A stretch of 64,000 nt of DNA from contig JAUQPR010000005.1 of assembly GCA_030550275.1 (NCBI GenBank), forward strand, positions 19,899-83,898, given 5' to 3'. The stretch's first letter is position 1. The number at the start of each line of letters is the position of its first letter. This DNA is from Bacteroidota bacterium (GTDB lineage: Bacteria > Bacteroidota > Ignavibacteria > Kapaibacteriales > HRBIN21). The position numbers and the translations under genes were made by a program. Under the pieces are notes generated by a model. The model was given only the letters and a program-made list of their open reading frames with translations, did not search any database and was not told the DNA's origin. Positions 10,178 to 19,380 of this stretch are shown here, piece by piece.

Positions 10178-10327
10178 TTACGGTCGCTCGTCGCTCACCG
10201 TGAGCTTGTGCCGCCCTTTGGCTCGGCGCCGTGCAAGTACCTTCCGTCCACTCTTGCTCTTCATCCGCGCCCGAAATCCATGCTTGCGGCGCCGCTTCGT
10301 GCGGCTGGGCTGATACGTCAAGCGCAT
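10178..10327 (-). CDS. rpmH: 50S ribosomal protein L34
   Basis: Hand-translated from the reverse strand as [49 protein letters not shown]. Not in the ORF track because it is under 60 aa. Confidence 0.8.
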   Translation of the reverse strand: MRLTYQPSRTKRRRKHGFRARMKSKSGRKVLARRRAKGRHKLTVSDERP

Positions 10328-10443
10328 GAGCCGTCCTCCGACTACACCGACGCAGCATGCAAAGATAGGGCTTCCGGCTGAGCTTGGAAGGCGGCTCCAC
10401 CGCTCTGGTGGTCACAGGGTTTTTGCTAATTTTGCGTCCAGAT

Positions 10444-10516
10444 GGGCCGGTAGCTCAGTTGGGAGAGCGCCAGAATCGCACTCTGGAGGTCGGGAGTTCG
10501 AATCTCCTCCGGTCCA
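10444..10516 (+). tRNA. tRNA-Ala (anticodon CGC)
   Basis: Hand-folded cloverleaf: 7-bp acceptor with the G3:U70 Ala identity pair, D-stem GCTC/GAGC, anticodon stem CCAGA/TCTGG with loop ATCGCAC, and T-loop TTCGAAT. Confidence 0.85.
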
Positions 10517-10527
10517 CCCGTTGGCGT

Positions 10528-10600
10528 TGCCCCGTGGTGTAACTGGCAACACGCCTGACTCTGGATCAGGAGAGTCCAGGTTCGAGTCCTGGCGGGGCAG
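10528..10600 (+). tRNA. tRNA-Gln (anticodon CTG)
   Basis: Hand-folded: acceptor TGCCCCG/CGGGGCA with U1:A72, anticodon stem CCTGA/TCAGG with loop CTCTGGA, T-loop TTCGAGT, discriminator G. Confidence 0.8.
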
Positions 10601-10620
10601 CAACCCACTTCCCCGAAAGG

Positions 10621-11274
10621 ATGCCCACAAAGAGCGCGGCTGATCCCCTCAGCATCCCCTCCGCAGCGCGATGGCAGCTATGGGCATGGCGGCTGGCACT
10701 GACGACGGTGCTGTACAACTTCGCCGAAGGCGCAGTAGCGTTGTGGCTGGGGCACGCCTCCGATAGCTTGGGGCTGGTGAGCTTTGGCATTGAAGGTGTG
10801 GCGGAATCCCTCTCGGGCATCGTAGTGCTGTGGCGCTTTGCACCGAGTTTGCGTCCGCACACCGCCGAACGGGGACTGGAGCGGGAGCGCCGAGCCGTTC
10901 TGCTCATTGGGCTGAGCTTCCTGGTGCTGGCGGCGGTCATTGCGATGGAGTCGCTTGGACAGCTGCTGGGCAGGGCAGCAGTGCACCTGCACGGTGGCAG
11001 CTTCGTCCTGGCGGCTGCCTCCGTCGTCGTCAAGCCCGCTCTCTTCGCCTTCAAACGGCGGGTTGGGCAGCAGCTTGGCAGCCGCGCCGTCCTTGCCGAT
11101 GCCGCCCAAACACTTGCCTGCGCGGCGCTCTCGGCAGCCCTGCTCCTGAGCTTACTGCTGCAGCAGCTCTGGGGAATCCACCAAGCGGACGCGCTGCTGG
11201 CACTGCTGATCTCGGCAGTGCTTGTGCGCGAAGGGCTCCACACACTGCGCCATCGCCACATCTTGTGCTGTTGA
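10621..11274 (+). CDS. Hypothetical polytopic membrane protein (CDF-transporter-like TM domain only)
   Basis: 217 aa with about 6 TM helices. The GHASDSLGLVSFGIEG segment weakly resembles the cation-diffusion-facilitator TM domain. There is no cytoplasmic domain. Confidence 0.45.
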   Translation: MPTKSAADPLSIPSAARWQLWAWRLALTTVLYNFAEGAVALWLGHASDSLGLVSFGIEGVAESLSGIVVLWRFAPSLRPHTAERGLERERRAVLLIGLSFLVLAAVIAMESLGQLLGRAAVHLHGGSFVLAAASVVVKPALFAFKRRVGQQLGSRAVLADAAQTLACAALSAALLLSLLLQQLWGIHQADALLALLISAVLVREGLHTLRHRHILCC

Positions 11275-11292
11275 ACACCTGCGGTATGCACG

Positions 11293-13014
11293 ATGCTCCT
11301 GCTGCTCCTTGCAGTGCTCTTGCTCGGCTGCGCTCGGAACGGGCAGGAGGGGCAATTACGCCCCGCTGCCGGCGATCGCTTCTACGGGGGAATCTACCGC
11401 GTCAACGAGGTCGGAGAGGTCCGCTCGCTGGACCCTGTGCAGATCAACGACGTGAGCTCCGCACACGTTGCCGAACAGATCTACGACAAGCTCCTGACGC
11501 TGGACGATTCCCTGCGGCTGCAGCCGGAGCTGGCCGAGCGTTGGGAGGTCTCCCCCGATGGACTCGTCTACCGCTACTACCTACGGCGTGGAGTCCTCTT
11601 CCACGACAACCCGTGCTTCCCACAGGGCAAGGGGCGCGAGCTGACTGCCGAAGACGTCAAGTATTCGCTGACACGCGCTTGCGACTTCCGCACCGGCACG
11701 CTCGGCTACAGCTACTTCCGCGGCAAGGTTCGCGGTGCCGATGAGTACTACGCCGCCACACGCGAGGCTGCCCGCACCGGAGGCGAACCCGCCGTGCGTG
11801 AAGTCTCCGGATTCGTAGTGCGCGACCGGTACACCTTCGAAATCCACCTCCTGCGCCCCTTTGCGCCGTTTGAGTACTACGTCTCGCTGGTCACCTTCGC
11901 AATCGTGCCGCGTGAAGCCGTTGAGTACTACGGTGCGGACTTCTTCCGCAATCCCGTCGGCTCGGGTCCATTTATCTTCGTCTCCTGGACGCCGGACCGC
12001 CAGCTTGTGCTGCGGCGCAATCCCAACTACTGGCAGCGCGACGAATACGGCAACGCCTTGCCCTACCTGGAAGGCATCCGCTTCAGCTTCATCAAGGACG
12101 AGAAGTCGCAGCTTCTGCAGTTCCGCCAGGGCAACCTTGAGGAGTGCTTCCGGATTCCGGCGGAATTCTTCCCGCAGATTGTAGATGAGCGCAAGCAACT
12201 GCGCGGAGAGTGGCAGCGCTTCCGGCTCCTGCGCACGATGGCGCTCTCGACACAGTACTACGGGATGCTCGTGACCGATTCGCTCTTCCGCAACCGGCTC
12301 GTCCGCCAAGCCTTTGCTTACGCCATCGACCGGGAACGCATCGTGCGGTATGTGCTCAAAGGGCAGGCTGCTGAGCCCGGGCACTACGGTCTCGTCCCTC
12401 CATCCATGCCGGACTATCCAGCGCGCTCCATCCGGGGCTACCGCTTCGATCCGCAGCGGGCGCGCCAACTGCTTGCCCAGGCTGGCTATCCCGATGGCAA
12501 GGGCTTCCCCACCGTCACGCTCCAGCTCAACGCAGGCGGCGGACGCAACCTCCAAGTTGCCGAAGCCGTCCAAGCCATGCTACGCGAGCACCTGGGCATC
12601 GAAGTGCAACTGCGCCAGGTGGAATTCGCACAACATCTGCAGAGCATTGATGCCGGGCGCGTTCCGTTCTTCCGCTTAGGCTGGGTGGCAGACTATCCCG
12701 ACCCGGAGAACTTCCTCAACCTGCTCTACGGCAAGCTGGTGCCGGACGATCCCAACGAGATCAGCCCAATCAACTCCACCCGGTACCGCAATCCGGCGGT
12801 GGATTCGCTACTGGAGCTTGCACTGGCAACGCGCGACCGTGCACGCCGCATGGAGCTCTACGCCCGCGCCGAACAGCTCGCCATCGAGGATGCCCCAATG
12901 CTCATCCTCTTCTACGACGAGGACTACCGCCTGCTCCAGCCCTATGTTGCCGGCTACCGCAACAACGCTATGGACCGCCGGATGTACAAGTACGTCTGGC
13001 TGCAACCCCACTGA
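11293..13014 (+). CDS. ABC transporter substrate-binding lipoprotein, family 5 (OppA/DppA-like)
   Basis: 573 aa with lipobox LLLGCA. SBP_bac_5-type motifs are present (…WTPDRQLVLRRNPNYW…, …GWVADYPDPENF…). Confidence 0.8.
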   Translation: MLLLLLAVLLLGCARNGQEGQLRPAAGDRFYGGIYRVNEVGEVRSLDPVQINDVSSAHVAEQIYDKLLTLDDSLRLQPELAERWEVSPDGLVYRYYLRRGVLFHDNPCFPQGKGRELTAEDVKYSLTRACDFRTGTLGYSYFRGKVRGADEYYAATREAARTGGEPAVREVSGFVVRDRYTFEIHLLRPFAPFEYYVSLVTFAIVPREAVEYYGADFFRNPVGSGPFIFVSWTPDRQLVLRRNPNYWQRDEYGNALPYLEGIRFSFIKDEKSQLLQFRQGNLEECFRIPAEFFPQIVDERKQLRGEWQRFRLLRTMALSTQYYGMLVTDSLFRNRLVRQAFAYAIDRERIVRYVLKGQAAEPGHYGLVPPSMPDYPARSIRGYRFDPQRARQLLAQAGYPDGKGFPTVTLQLNAGGGRNLQVAEAVQAMLREHLGIEVQLRQVEFAQHLQSIDAGRVPFFRLGWVADYPDPENFLNLLYGKLVPDDPNEISPINSTRYRNPAVDSLLELALATRDRARRMELYARAEQLAIEDAPMLILFYDEDYRLLQPYVAGYRNNAMDRRMYKYVWLQPH

Positions 13015-13027
13015 GTTTCCGCCGGCT

Positions 13028-14758
13028 ATGTCGGCGCGATTTTGTTTATTGCGTTCCCGACAGTGCGCCAAGCTGGGGAGAGGAGGGCGCTCTTTGACAA
13101 TCGGGCTGCTGGTAGCCGCCGCACTCATTGGCTGCCAGGGAAGTCGAGAGCCTGACCCACGCCACAGCTTCATCTACAACGAACCCGAGGGCATCACAAC
13201 GCTCGATCCGGCGCACATGAGCTACGTTGCCGCCATCTGGGTCGGCACGCAGCTCTACAACGGATTGGTCGAGCTGGATACAGCCCTGCGCGTTGTGCCC
13301 TGCCTGGCACGGGCATGGGAGGTGGATTCCACGGGAACGCGCTGGCGCTTCCATCTGCGCACGGACGTGTACTTCCACGATAACCCCTGCTTTGGGGCAT
13401 CGCCGCGCCGGCTGCGCGCGGAGGATGTCAAGTTCTCCTTCGAGCGGCTCTGTGATGCCCGAACCCGCTCGCCCGGGCTGTGGGTCTTCTGGGGAAAGCT
13501 CCGCGGAGCAAAGGAGTTCCACGCTGCCACCCGCCAGGGGCGCTCTCCGGCAGGGGGAATCCCCGGCATTCGGGTGCTCAACGATAGCACGGTCGAACTG
13601 GAGCTGGAGCGCCCGTTTGCCCCATTCCTGGCGCTGCTCACGCTGCCCTACTGCTGGATCGTCCCGCGCGAGGCAGTCGAGCACTACGGAGAGGACTTCT
13701 TCCGCAACCCGGTCGGCACCGGTCCCTTCCAGCTTGCCGAATGGCGCGCGGACGTCCGATTGGTGCTGCGGAGGAACCCGCGCTACTTCAAGCGCGACCC
13801 CCAGGGACGCCGGCTGCCCTACCTGGAGCACGTCGTTGTGCGCTTCCTGCGCGATCCCAAAACCGCCTTCTGGGAGTTCCAGCGTGGGCGACTGGACATG
13901 CTCACCGGCCTTGACCCCGCTGTGCTCCCGCAGGTGCTAACACCCGAGGGAACGCTGCAACCGGCGTTCCGCCACTACCAGTTGCTGCGCGCCCCCGCCC
14001 ATGCGATCGAGTACTACGGCATTCAACTGGACACGACCACCGAGGGCGGGCGCAATTCCCCGCTGGCTCGCTCCCGATTGCTGCGGCAAGCGCTCAACTG
14101 GGCAATCGATCGGGAGCGCATCATCCGCCATGTCCTCCACGGGCTGGCAACGCCGGCGTACTACGGGGTCCTTCCGCCGGGATTCCCAGGCTTCTCCGAG
14201 CAGACGCGGGGATACGGCTACGACCCCGAGCGTGCCCGCCGTCTCCTGGCTGCAGCTGGCTTCCCCAACGGACGCGGATTGCCCCCGCTGGTCCTGCAAT
14301 TGGGGGCAAACCCGCGAACGCTCTCCGTTGCCGAGGCAGTCCAGCAACAGCTCGCCGAGCTGGGAATTCGAGTCGAGCTGCGCCAGGTCAGCTTCCCACA
14401 ACACCTCTCGATGGTGCGCGAAGGGCGCTGCATGCTCTGGCGCACCAACTGGATCGCCGATTACCCCGACCCGGAGAACTTCCTGGCGCTCTTCTACTCC
14501 GCCTACGCTGCCCCGGGCGGACCCAATACAACGCGCATCCGCTCAAGTGCGCTGGATTCGCTCTACGAGCGCGCCCTTGCCGAGCCTTCCCAACACCGCC
14601 GCTTTGAGCTGTACCGCCGTATGGAGGCGCTGGTGCTGCAGGAAGCCCCGTGGGTCTTCCTGTACTATCCCCACGTGATTCGCCTGCTCCAGCCATCGGT
14701 TCAGGGGATGCACGTAGACGGGAGCGACCGGCTTGTGCTGGAGCACGTCCGCAAGTGA
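13028..14758 (+). CDS. ABC transporter substrate-binding lipoprotein, family 5 (paralog)
   Basis: Paralog of the upstream gene with the same motifs (…WRADVRLVLRRNPRYF…, …NWIADYPDPENF…) and lipobox LIGC. Start is either the ATG at 13028 or a TTG at 13094 preceded by GGAGG. Confidence 0.75.
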   Translation: MSARFCLLRSRQCAKLGRGGRSLTIGLLVAAALIGCQGSREPDPRHSFIYNEPEGITTLDPAHMSYVAAIWVGTQLYNGLVELDTALRVVPCLARAWEVDSTGTRWRFHLRTDVYFHDNPCFGASPRRLRAEDVKFSFERLCDARTRSPGLWVFWGKLRGAKEFHAATRQGRSPAGGIPGIRVLNDSTVELELERPFAPFLALLTLPYCWIVPREAVEHYGEDFFRNPVGTGPFQLAEWRADVRLVLRRNPRYFKRDPQGRRLPYLEHVVVRFLRDPKTAFWEFQRGRLDMLTGLDPAVLPQVLTPEGTLQPAFRHYQLLRAPAHAIEYYGIQLDTTTEGGRNSPLARSRLLRQALNWAIDRERIIRHVLHGLATPAYYGVLPPGFPGFSEQTRGYGYDPERARRLLAAAGFPNGRGLPPLVLQLGANPRTLSVAEAVQQQLAELGIRVELRQVSFPQHLSMVREGRCMLWRTNWIADYPDPENFLALFYSAYAAPGGPNTTRIRSSALDSLYERALAEPSQHRRFELYRRMEALVLQEAPWVFLYYPHVIRLLQPSVQGMHVDGSDRLVLEHVRK

Positions 14759-14794
14759 TCCTGCAGTTTGTCCAACTTTGAGGGAGGGTGGAGC

Positions 14795-15616
14795 ATGAAG
14801 ACCATCATCCGCATTCTGTGCGTGGCTGTTGCCTTCGTCGCCGTTGACATGTGGAAAGCCCCTGCAGCCTTCGCCGTGCAGCAACTCAAAAAGATCACGC
14901 ACCTGACCAAGAAGGCAAAGAAGAAGGTCACCCGGCGAACCTCTGTGCGGGCTGAGCGCCTTCGGCATGAGGCATTGGAGCTGCTGCGAACGAACTCTCC
15001 GACGCTGTGGACGCTGATGGTCTCGGATACCGTTGCCGTTGCCCCAGGGGAACCCGTAGCGGAGCTGGAGGGCGAAGACCCGGAGGAGCTCGCGCGCGAA
15101 GATGACCTGCCCGTAGACATCGAGAGCTTCCGTCAACTGTGGTTGGCGTACATGGAGGGCACGGCACCGGATGAGCTCACCGCCGCAGGGCTGAATAAGC
15201 GCCATCTGGCGGAGCTCATTCTGGAATGGTTAGGGACGCCGTACCGCTTCGGTGGGGAGAACCCCAATGGGATTGACTGCTCGGGCTTTGTCCGCCAAAT
15301 CTTTGCCGAAGTCGGCGGCATTCTGCTGCCTCGAACCGCCGCGCAGCAGTACATGCTGGGTACACCGGTAGAGCGGGACCAGCTCCAATTCGGAGACCTG
15401 GTCTTCTTCCACACCCGTCGCCATGCCTGGGTCTCCCACGTGGGAATCTACTTGGGCGATGGGCTCTTTGCCCATGCCAGCTCCCGCGGTGGGGTGACGA
15501 TCTCCTCGTTGCAGAGCACCTATTACAACCGGCGCTACATCGGCGCTCGGCGGCTGACGGCGCGCGACCTTGAACGGCTGGCAACAACGTCACTGGCGCC
15601 GGCACCTGCGGAATAG
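14795..15616 (+). CDS. NlpC/P60 family cell-wall peptidase
   Basis: Signal peptide MKTIIRILCVAVAFVAV. C-terminal NlpC/P60 catalytic region NGIDCSGFVRQIF…HVGIYLGDGLFAHAS with Cys and His. RBS GAGGGAGGG precedes the ATG. Confidence 0.8.
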   Translation: MKTIIRILCVAVAFVAVDMWKAPAAFAVQQLKKITHLTKKAKKKVTRRTSVRAERLRHEALELLRTNSPTLWTLMVSDTVAVAPGEPVAELEGEDPEELAREDDLPVDIESFRQLWLAYMEGTAPDELTAAGLNKRHLAELILEWLGTPYRFGGENPNGIDCSGFVRQIFAEVGGILLPRTAAQQYMLGTPVERDQLQFGDLVFFHTRRHAWVSHVGIYLGDGLFAHASSRGGVTISSLQSTYYNRRYIGARRLTARDLERLATTSLAPAPAE

Positions 15617-15697
15617 TCCGATGCCTTCAGCACAGGAAGCCACGACCGTCTAATTTTGCAGCCGCCTGAGCCGTCTGCTGGAATTGCTGGGAAGGAG

Positions 15698-16693
15698 ATG
15701 CGTGCGTTGGTCTTGCGCGAAGACAGCTTCGGAATCGAAGAGGTGGAGCTTCCTCAACCGCAGCCCGGAGAGGCGCGGGTCAGGCTCCTGGCAGCTGCGC
15801 TCAACCGGCGCGATGAATGGATTCGGCAAGGCAAGTACGCCCGCATCCGCTACCCAGCAATTCTGGGCTCGGACGGCTGCGGCGTCGTTGACGCCGTTGG
15901 CTCTCCAGACCACGCCGCCTGGCTCCACAAAACCGTCATCATCAACCCCAGCCTGGGTTGGGGGGATAACCCCCGAGCTCAAGCGCTGACCTACGAGATC
16001 CTGGGCATGCCCCGCCCGGGAACGCTTGCCGAGTACGTCGTCGTCCCTGTGGACCGGCTCCACGAAAAGCCGGCGCATCTCTCCGCCGAAGCTGCTGCAG
16101 CACTCCCGTTGGCGGGGTTGACCGCGTACCGCGCCCTCTTCACCCAGGGAGCCCTCCAGGCGGGGCAGAAGGTGCTCATCACCGGCATCGGCGGGGGCGT
16201 TGCTGTCATTGCGCTGCAATTTGCCGTTGCTGCGGGAGCCAACGTCTTTGTCACCTCCGGCAGCGATGAAAAGCTCCAGCGCGCCCAGCACCTGGGCGCC
16301 CTCGGCGGGGTAAACTACCGCCACCCCAACTGGGACCGGCTCCTGCGCGAGCTCGCCGATGGAGAGTTCGACTTGGTGCTCGATAGCGCCGGCGGTGAGC
16401 CCTTCAACACCTTGCTGACGCTGACCAAACCCGGTGGGACCCTCGTCTGCTACGGCGCGACTTTGGGACCGGTGCCCGAGTTCCATCTGGCGCGAGTCTT
16501 CTGGCGCCAACTACGCATCATCGGCAGCACAATGGGAACAGACGAGGAGTTCCGCGCCATGCTCGAATTCGTCTCGCACCACCGCATCGTCCCCCTCATT
16601 GACTCGGTGGTGCCCTTCTCGGAGGTGCTGAGCGCTTTCGAGCGGCTGCGCTCCGAAGCGCACATGGGCAAAATCGTCGTACGCTTCGCCTGA
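15698..16693 (+). CDS. Zinc-binding alcohol dehydrogenase / quinone oxidoreductase (MDR family)
   Basis: ATG at 15698 after GGAAGGAG. N-terminus MRALVLRE…; Rossmann motif ITGIGGGVAVIALQFAVAAGANV. Confidence 0.8.
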   Translation: MRALVLREDSFGIEEVELPQPQPGEARVRLLAAALNRRDEWIRQGKYARIRYPAILGSDGCGVVDAVGSPDHAAWLHKTVIINPSLGWGDNPRAQALTYEILGMPRPGTLAEYVVVPVDRLHEKPAHLSAEAAAALPLAGLTAYRALFTQGALQAGQKVLITGIGGGVAVIALQFAVAAGANVFVTSGSDEKLQRAQHLGALGGVNYRHPNWDRLLRELADGEFDLVLDSAGGEPFNTLLTLTKPGGTLVCYGATLGPVPEFHLARVFWRQLRIIGSTMGTDEEFRAMLEFVSHHRIVPLIDSVVPFSEVLSAFERLRSEAHMGKIVVRFA

Positions 16694-16699
16694 GCCCAC

Positions 16700-17503
16700 C
16701 TACGGGGTGAGATCCTCCGGAGCCACCGCACAAGAGAGCCGCCGGAGCAGCTCGGCATACCACTGCATCTGTGCACGCTGCTGGGCAATGCGCCGCTCCA
16801 GCTCTGCCCGATGCTGACGGACCCACTCGGGGTCATCCAGCGGCAGGGAGAAGGGCTCCTGGGCAAGCGTGCGCCGCAGCCGCTGCTGTTCAACCCGAAC
16901 CTGCGCCTCCAATCGGGCAAGCTCGCGCTGCCAGTACTGGAGCGGGTCGAGCTCGCACACAGGGGATTCCCCCACTGGCTCCTCGCAGAGCACCCGCACC
17001 AATCGGCGAAGTTGCTCCACATTGCGCTCCCTGTACGCCTGCTGCACAAGGAGCCAATAGCGGCGATACTCCTCGGTCTCCTCGCCGGTGCTATCCGGAT
17101 GGAGCCGTTTGACCAGCAACCGGTACAGGCGCGCAAGCTCCTCTTCGGCTGGCTCGACCGGGGCTGTGCGCTCGCTCCTGGGACGCAGGCGTGCAAACTC
17201 GTGCTCCACGGTCTGCTCAATCAAGCGCATCGCCTTTGCCGTGAGCGGCTCTCCACGCTGGAGCTTGACCAGGAGCAATTCCAGGCGCCGCCGCAGTTGT
17301 GCCGTCTGCCAGGCAAGCCACTCCAGCTCCTGCTCCAGCGCGTGGAAGTGCTGCTCGTAGAGCCGCTGCCGCCGGGTGTATTCCTCGGTGTGCAGCAGTA
17401 ACCACTGCTGCGTCAACTGGCGCAGCAACTGCCGCAGCTCCGCACAGCGCTGCTGGAGCTGCTGGAGCCGTGGATCGGGCTGCAAGGCGTGCGACAGCTC
17501 CAT
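16700..17503 (-). CDS. Coiled-coil protein with internal J-domain-like segment
   Basis: Gln/Arg/Leu-rich heptad sequence. The segment LARLYRLLVKRLHPDSTGEETEEYRRYWLLVQQAYRE matches the J-domain helix II–III with an HPD tripeptide. Start was chosen at MELSH… (17503), immediately abutting the upstream gene's stop. Confidence 0.5.
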   Translation of the reverse strand: MELSHALQPDPRLQQLQQRCAELRQLLRQLTQQWLLLHTEEYTRRQRLYEQHFHALEQELEWLAWQTAQLRRRLELLLVKLQRGEPLTAKAMRLIEQTVEHEFARLRPRSERTAPVEPAEEELARLYRLLVKRLHPDSTGEETEEYRRYWLLVQQAYRERNVEQLRRLVRVLCEEPVGESPVCELDPLQYWQRELARLEAQVRVEQQRLRRTLAQEPFSLPLDDPEWVRQHRAELERRIAQQRAQMQWYAELLRRLSCAVAPEDLTP

Positions 17504-19380
17504 CAGGGCACGTAGCTGAAGGGAACAGAGAGCAGCCGACTCGGCGTGCAGCACACCAGCACGTACCAGCCCGCTGCCGCATGGAGCGCGGTGCACCACT
17601 GATACGTTCCCGCCCGCAGCCATTGCACACCGCTGTGCCAGAGACGCTCGCCAGTTACCGAAAACAGCTCCAGCTCGTACGCGCCATCCTCCCCGGCGCG
17701 GAGCTGCACACACAGTTGCGGGGCATTCCACTGCAGGCTCACCTCCGAGGGCTCCCCGCGGAGGAGTACGTGTCCGCTATCCCCGCACGTGTGCACGAGG
17801 AGCTCTCCGGGGATGAGCTCGGCGCGGAAGGCTTCCGTTCCCTCCACCACGCACTGGAGCGGCTCCAGCGCAGCTCGCTGTGGATGCCCATCCAGGAGCA
17901 GCAGCGGGAGAGAGAGCCGTCCCGGCACGCTGAGCGGGAGCTGGAGCGTATCCCAGCGGTGCAGTGCCGGACGTGGCTGCCCCGATTCCAGCCGTGCGCA
18001 CAACCACGCCGGCAAGCGTATGGTGAGCCTGCTGCTGAATTGGCGCTCCTGCAACGGTGGAATCCACTCCACATCCTCGGTGCCGATCTCCAGCACTCGC
18101 TGCTCACCGGCCCGCCCTTCGAGTTCGGCAACGCGCAGCCGTAGCGGGTACTTCAGCACCACGCGCAGCGTCTCCTCCTGCGCTGCTCCGCTGCTCCACA
18201 GCCGCAGAGCGGAATCGCGCCCGACCGAAGCAATCCAGCGTCCATCGGGGGAGTAATCCGCCGAAAGCACCGCTCCACCGTGCCACAATGGTGTCCCCAG
18301 CGGTGTTCCCGAAGGAGTCCACTGCCGGAGCGTGCTATCCAAGGCAGCCGAGAGCAGGCGCCGCCCCCACGGCAACGCCCGCACCGAACGCACATGGAAG
18401 CGATGCCCGAGCGCACGCGCTCGCTCCCGCCCGTTGTACACATCCCATATCCGGACCGTGCCATCCACTCCGCCCGACAGCAGAAGCCCCTCCTCCGTGC
18501 CGAAGGCAACGGACCACACCACCCGGTTCCCCAGCGAATCCCCATGGCGTCCGAACCGCAGCGGGGCGCCCTGCTCCCGCCAGCGCCAGACGTAGATGTT
18601 GCCATCATTGCCGCCGGCAGCGAGCAGCTCCCCATCGAGCGAGAAGGCAACGCTGTACCAGGAGCTCACCTGCGGGACGGCAAAGCGGGCAATTGGCTGC
18701 AATTGCGCCAGCTCCCACACGCACAGAGCTGAATCATCCGCTGCCGTGGCAAGGAGCGTTCCCGTAGGATGGGCTGCGATATCGCGAATCACGCCTCGGT
18801 GAACCCCGGCACCGAAGAAGCGGCGCACCTTGCTCACCCGGTCGTAGAGCAGCAGCAGCGAATCCACCGAGACCACCACCTGCGTGCTATCCCGCAGGAA
18901 CGCCGCCGAAAGGAGCGCGGGCGTCCCAATCACCAGCACATCGGATGCCTCCAGCTCCGGCACAGTCCAGAGCTTGACTATGCCGTCCTCAGCGGTGGTG
19001 ACGAGGTAGCGCCCCTCCGGAGAGAAGCGCACGCAGCGGATTGGAGCGGTGTGCGCCCTCCGGCGTTCGGCAACCAGAGCGCTGGAGGTTGCCGATTCCA
19101 AATGCAGCCGTAGAAGCAGCGCGACCGTATCCAGTACGGGCACATCCCAGCGGTAGGAGGGCGCTTCCAGGTCGCGCTGCAGCAGGGTCCAGCTCCTGCC
19201 CGTATCGAGCGAATACGACAGTGTTGCCACAGCCCCCGGGGCTGCATTCCACTGCAGCAGGAGCGGGCGTCGCATCAGCACCGTGTCCCCTGCGCGCGGT
19301 GCAATCCATAGCTGCGCCGCCGCCGGCAGCGCTGCCAGCAGCGCTACTGCGGCGCTCACCCCTTCATGCATCGGTCGCAT
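17503..19380 (-). CDS. WD40-repeat protein with signal peptide
   Basis: Repeated …GH…V…FSPDG…LA…DG…RLW units ending in WD dipeptides. Signal peptide MRPMHEGVSAAVALLAALPAAAQ. The C-terminal ~80 aa is beta-rich and may be a sorting domain. Confidence 0.7.
   Translation of the reverse strand: MRPMHEGVSAAVALLAALPAAAQLWIAPRAGDTVLMRRPLLLQWNAAPGAVATLSYSLDTGRSWTLLQRDLEAPSYRWDVPVLDTVALLLRLHLESATSSALVAERRRAHTAPIRCVRFSPEGRYLVTTAEDGIVKLWTVPELEASDVLVIGTPALLSAAFLRDSTQVVVSVDSLLLLYDRVSKVRRFFGAGVHRGVIRDIAAHPTGTLLATAADDSALCVWELAQLQPIARFAVPQVSSWYSVAFSLDGELLAAGGNDGNIYVWRWREQGAPLRFGRHGDSLGNRVVWSVAFGTEEGLLLSGGVDGTVRIWDVYNGRERARALGHRFHVRSVRALPWGRRLLSAALDSTLRQWTPSGTPLGTPLWHGGAVLSADYSPDGRWIASVGRDSALRLWSSGAAQEETLRVVLKYPLRLRVAELEGRAGEQRVLEIGTEDVEWIPPLQERQFSSRLTIRLPAWLCARLESGQPRPALHRWDTLQLPLSVPGRLSLPLLLLDGHPQRAALEPLQCVVEGTEAFRAELIPGELLVHTCGDSGHVLLRGEPSEVSLQWNAPQLCVQLRAGEDGAYELELFSVTGERLWHSGVQWLRAGTYQWCTALHAAAGWYVLVCCTPSRLLSVPFSYVP

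Noticed and set aside
9813-10415. N-terminal 200 codons of the 270-aa ORF 9603..10415
   Set aside because: Only the last 69 codons match YidD. The upstream part overlaps rnpA and rpmH in another frame and is low-complexity.
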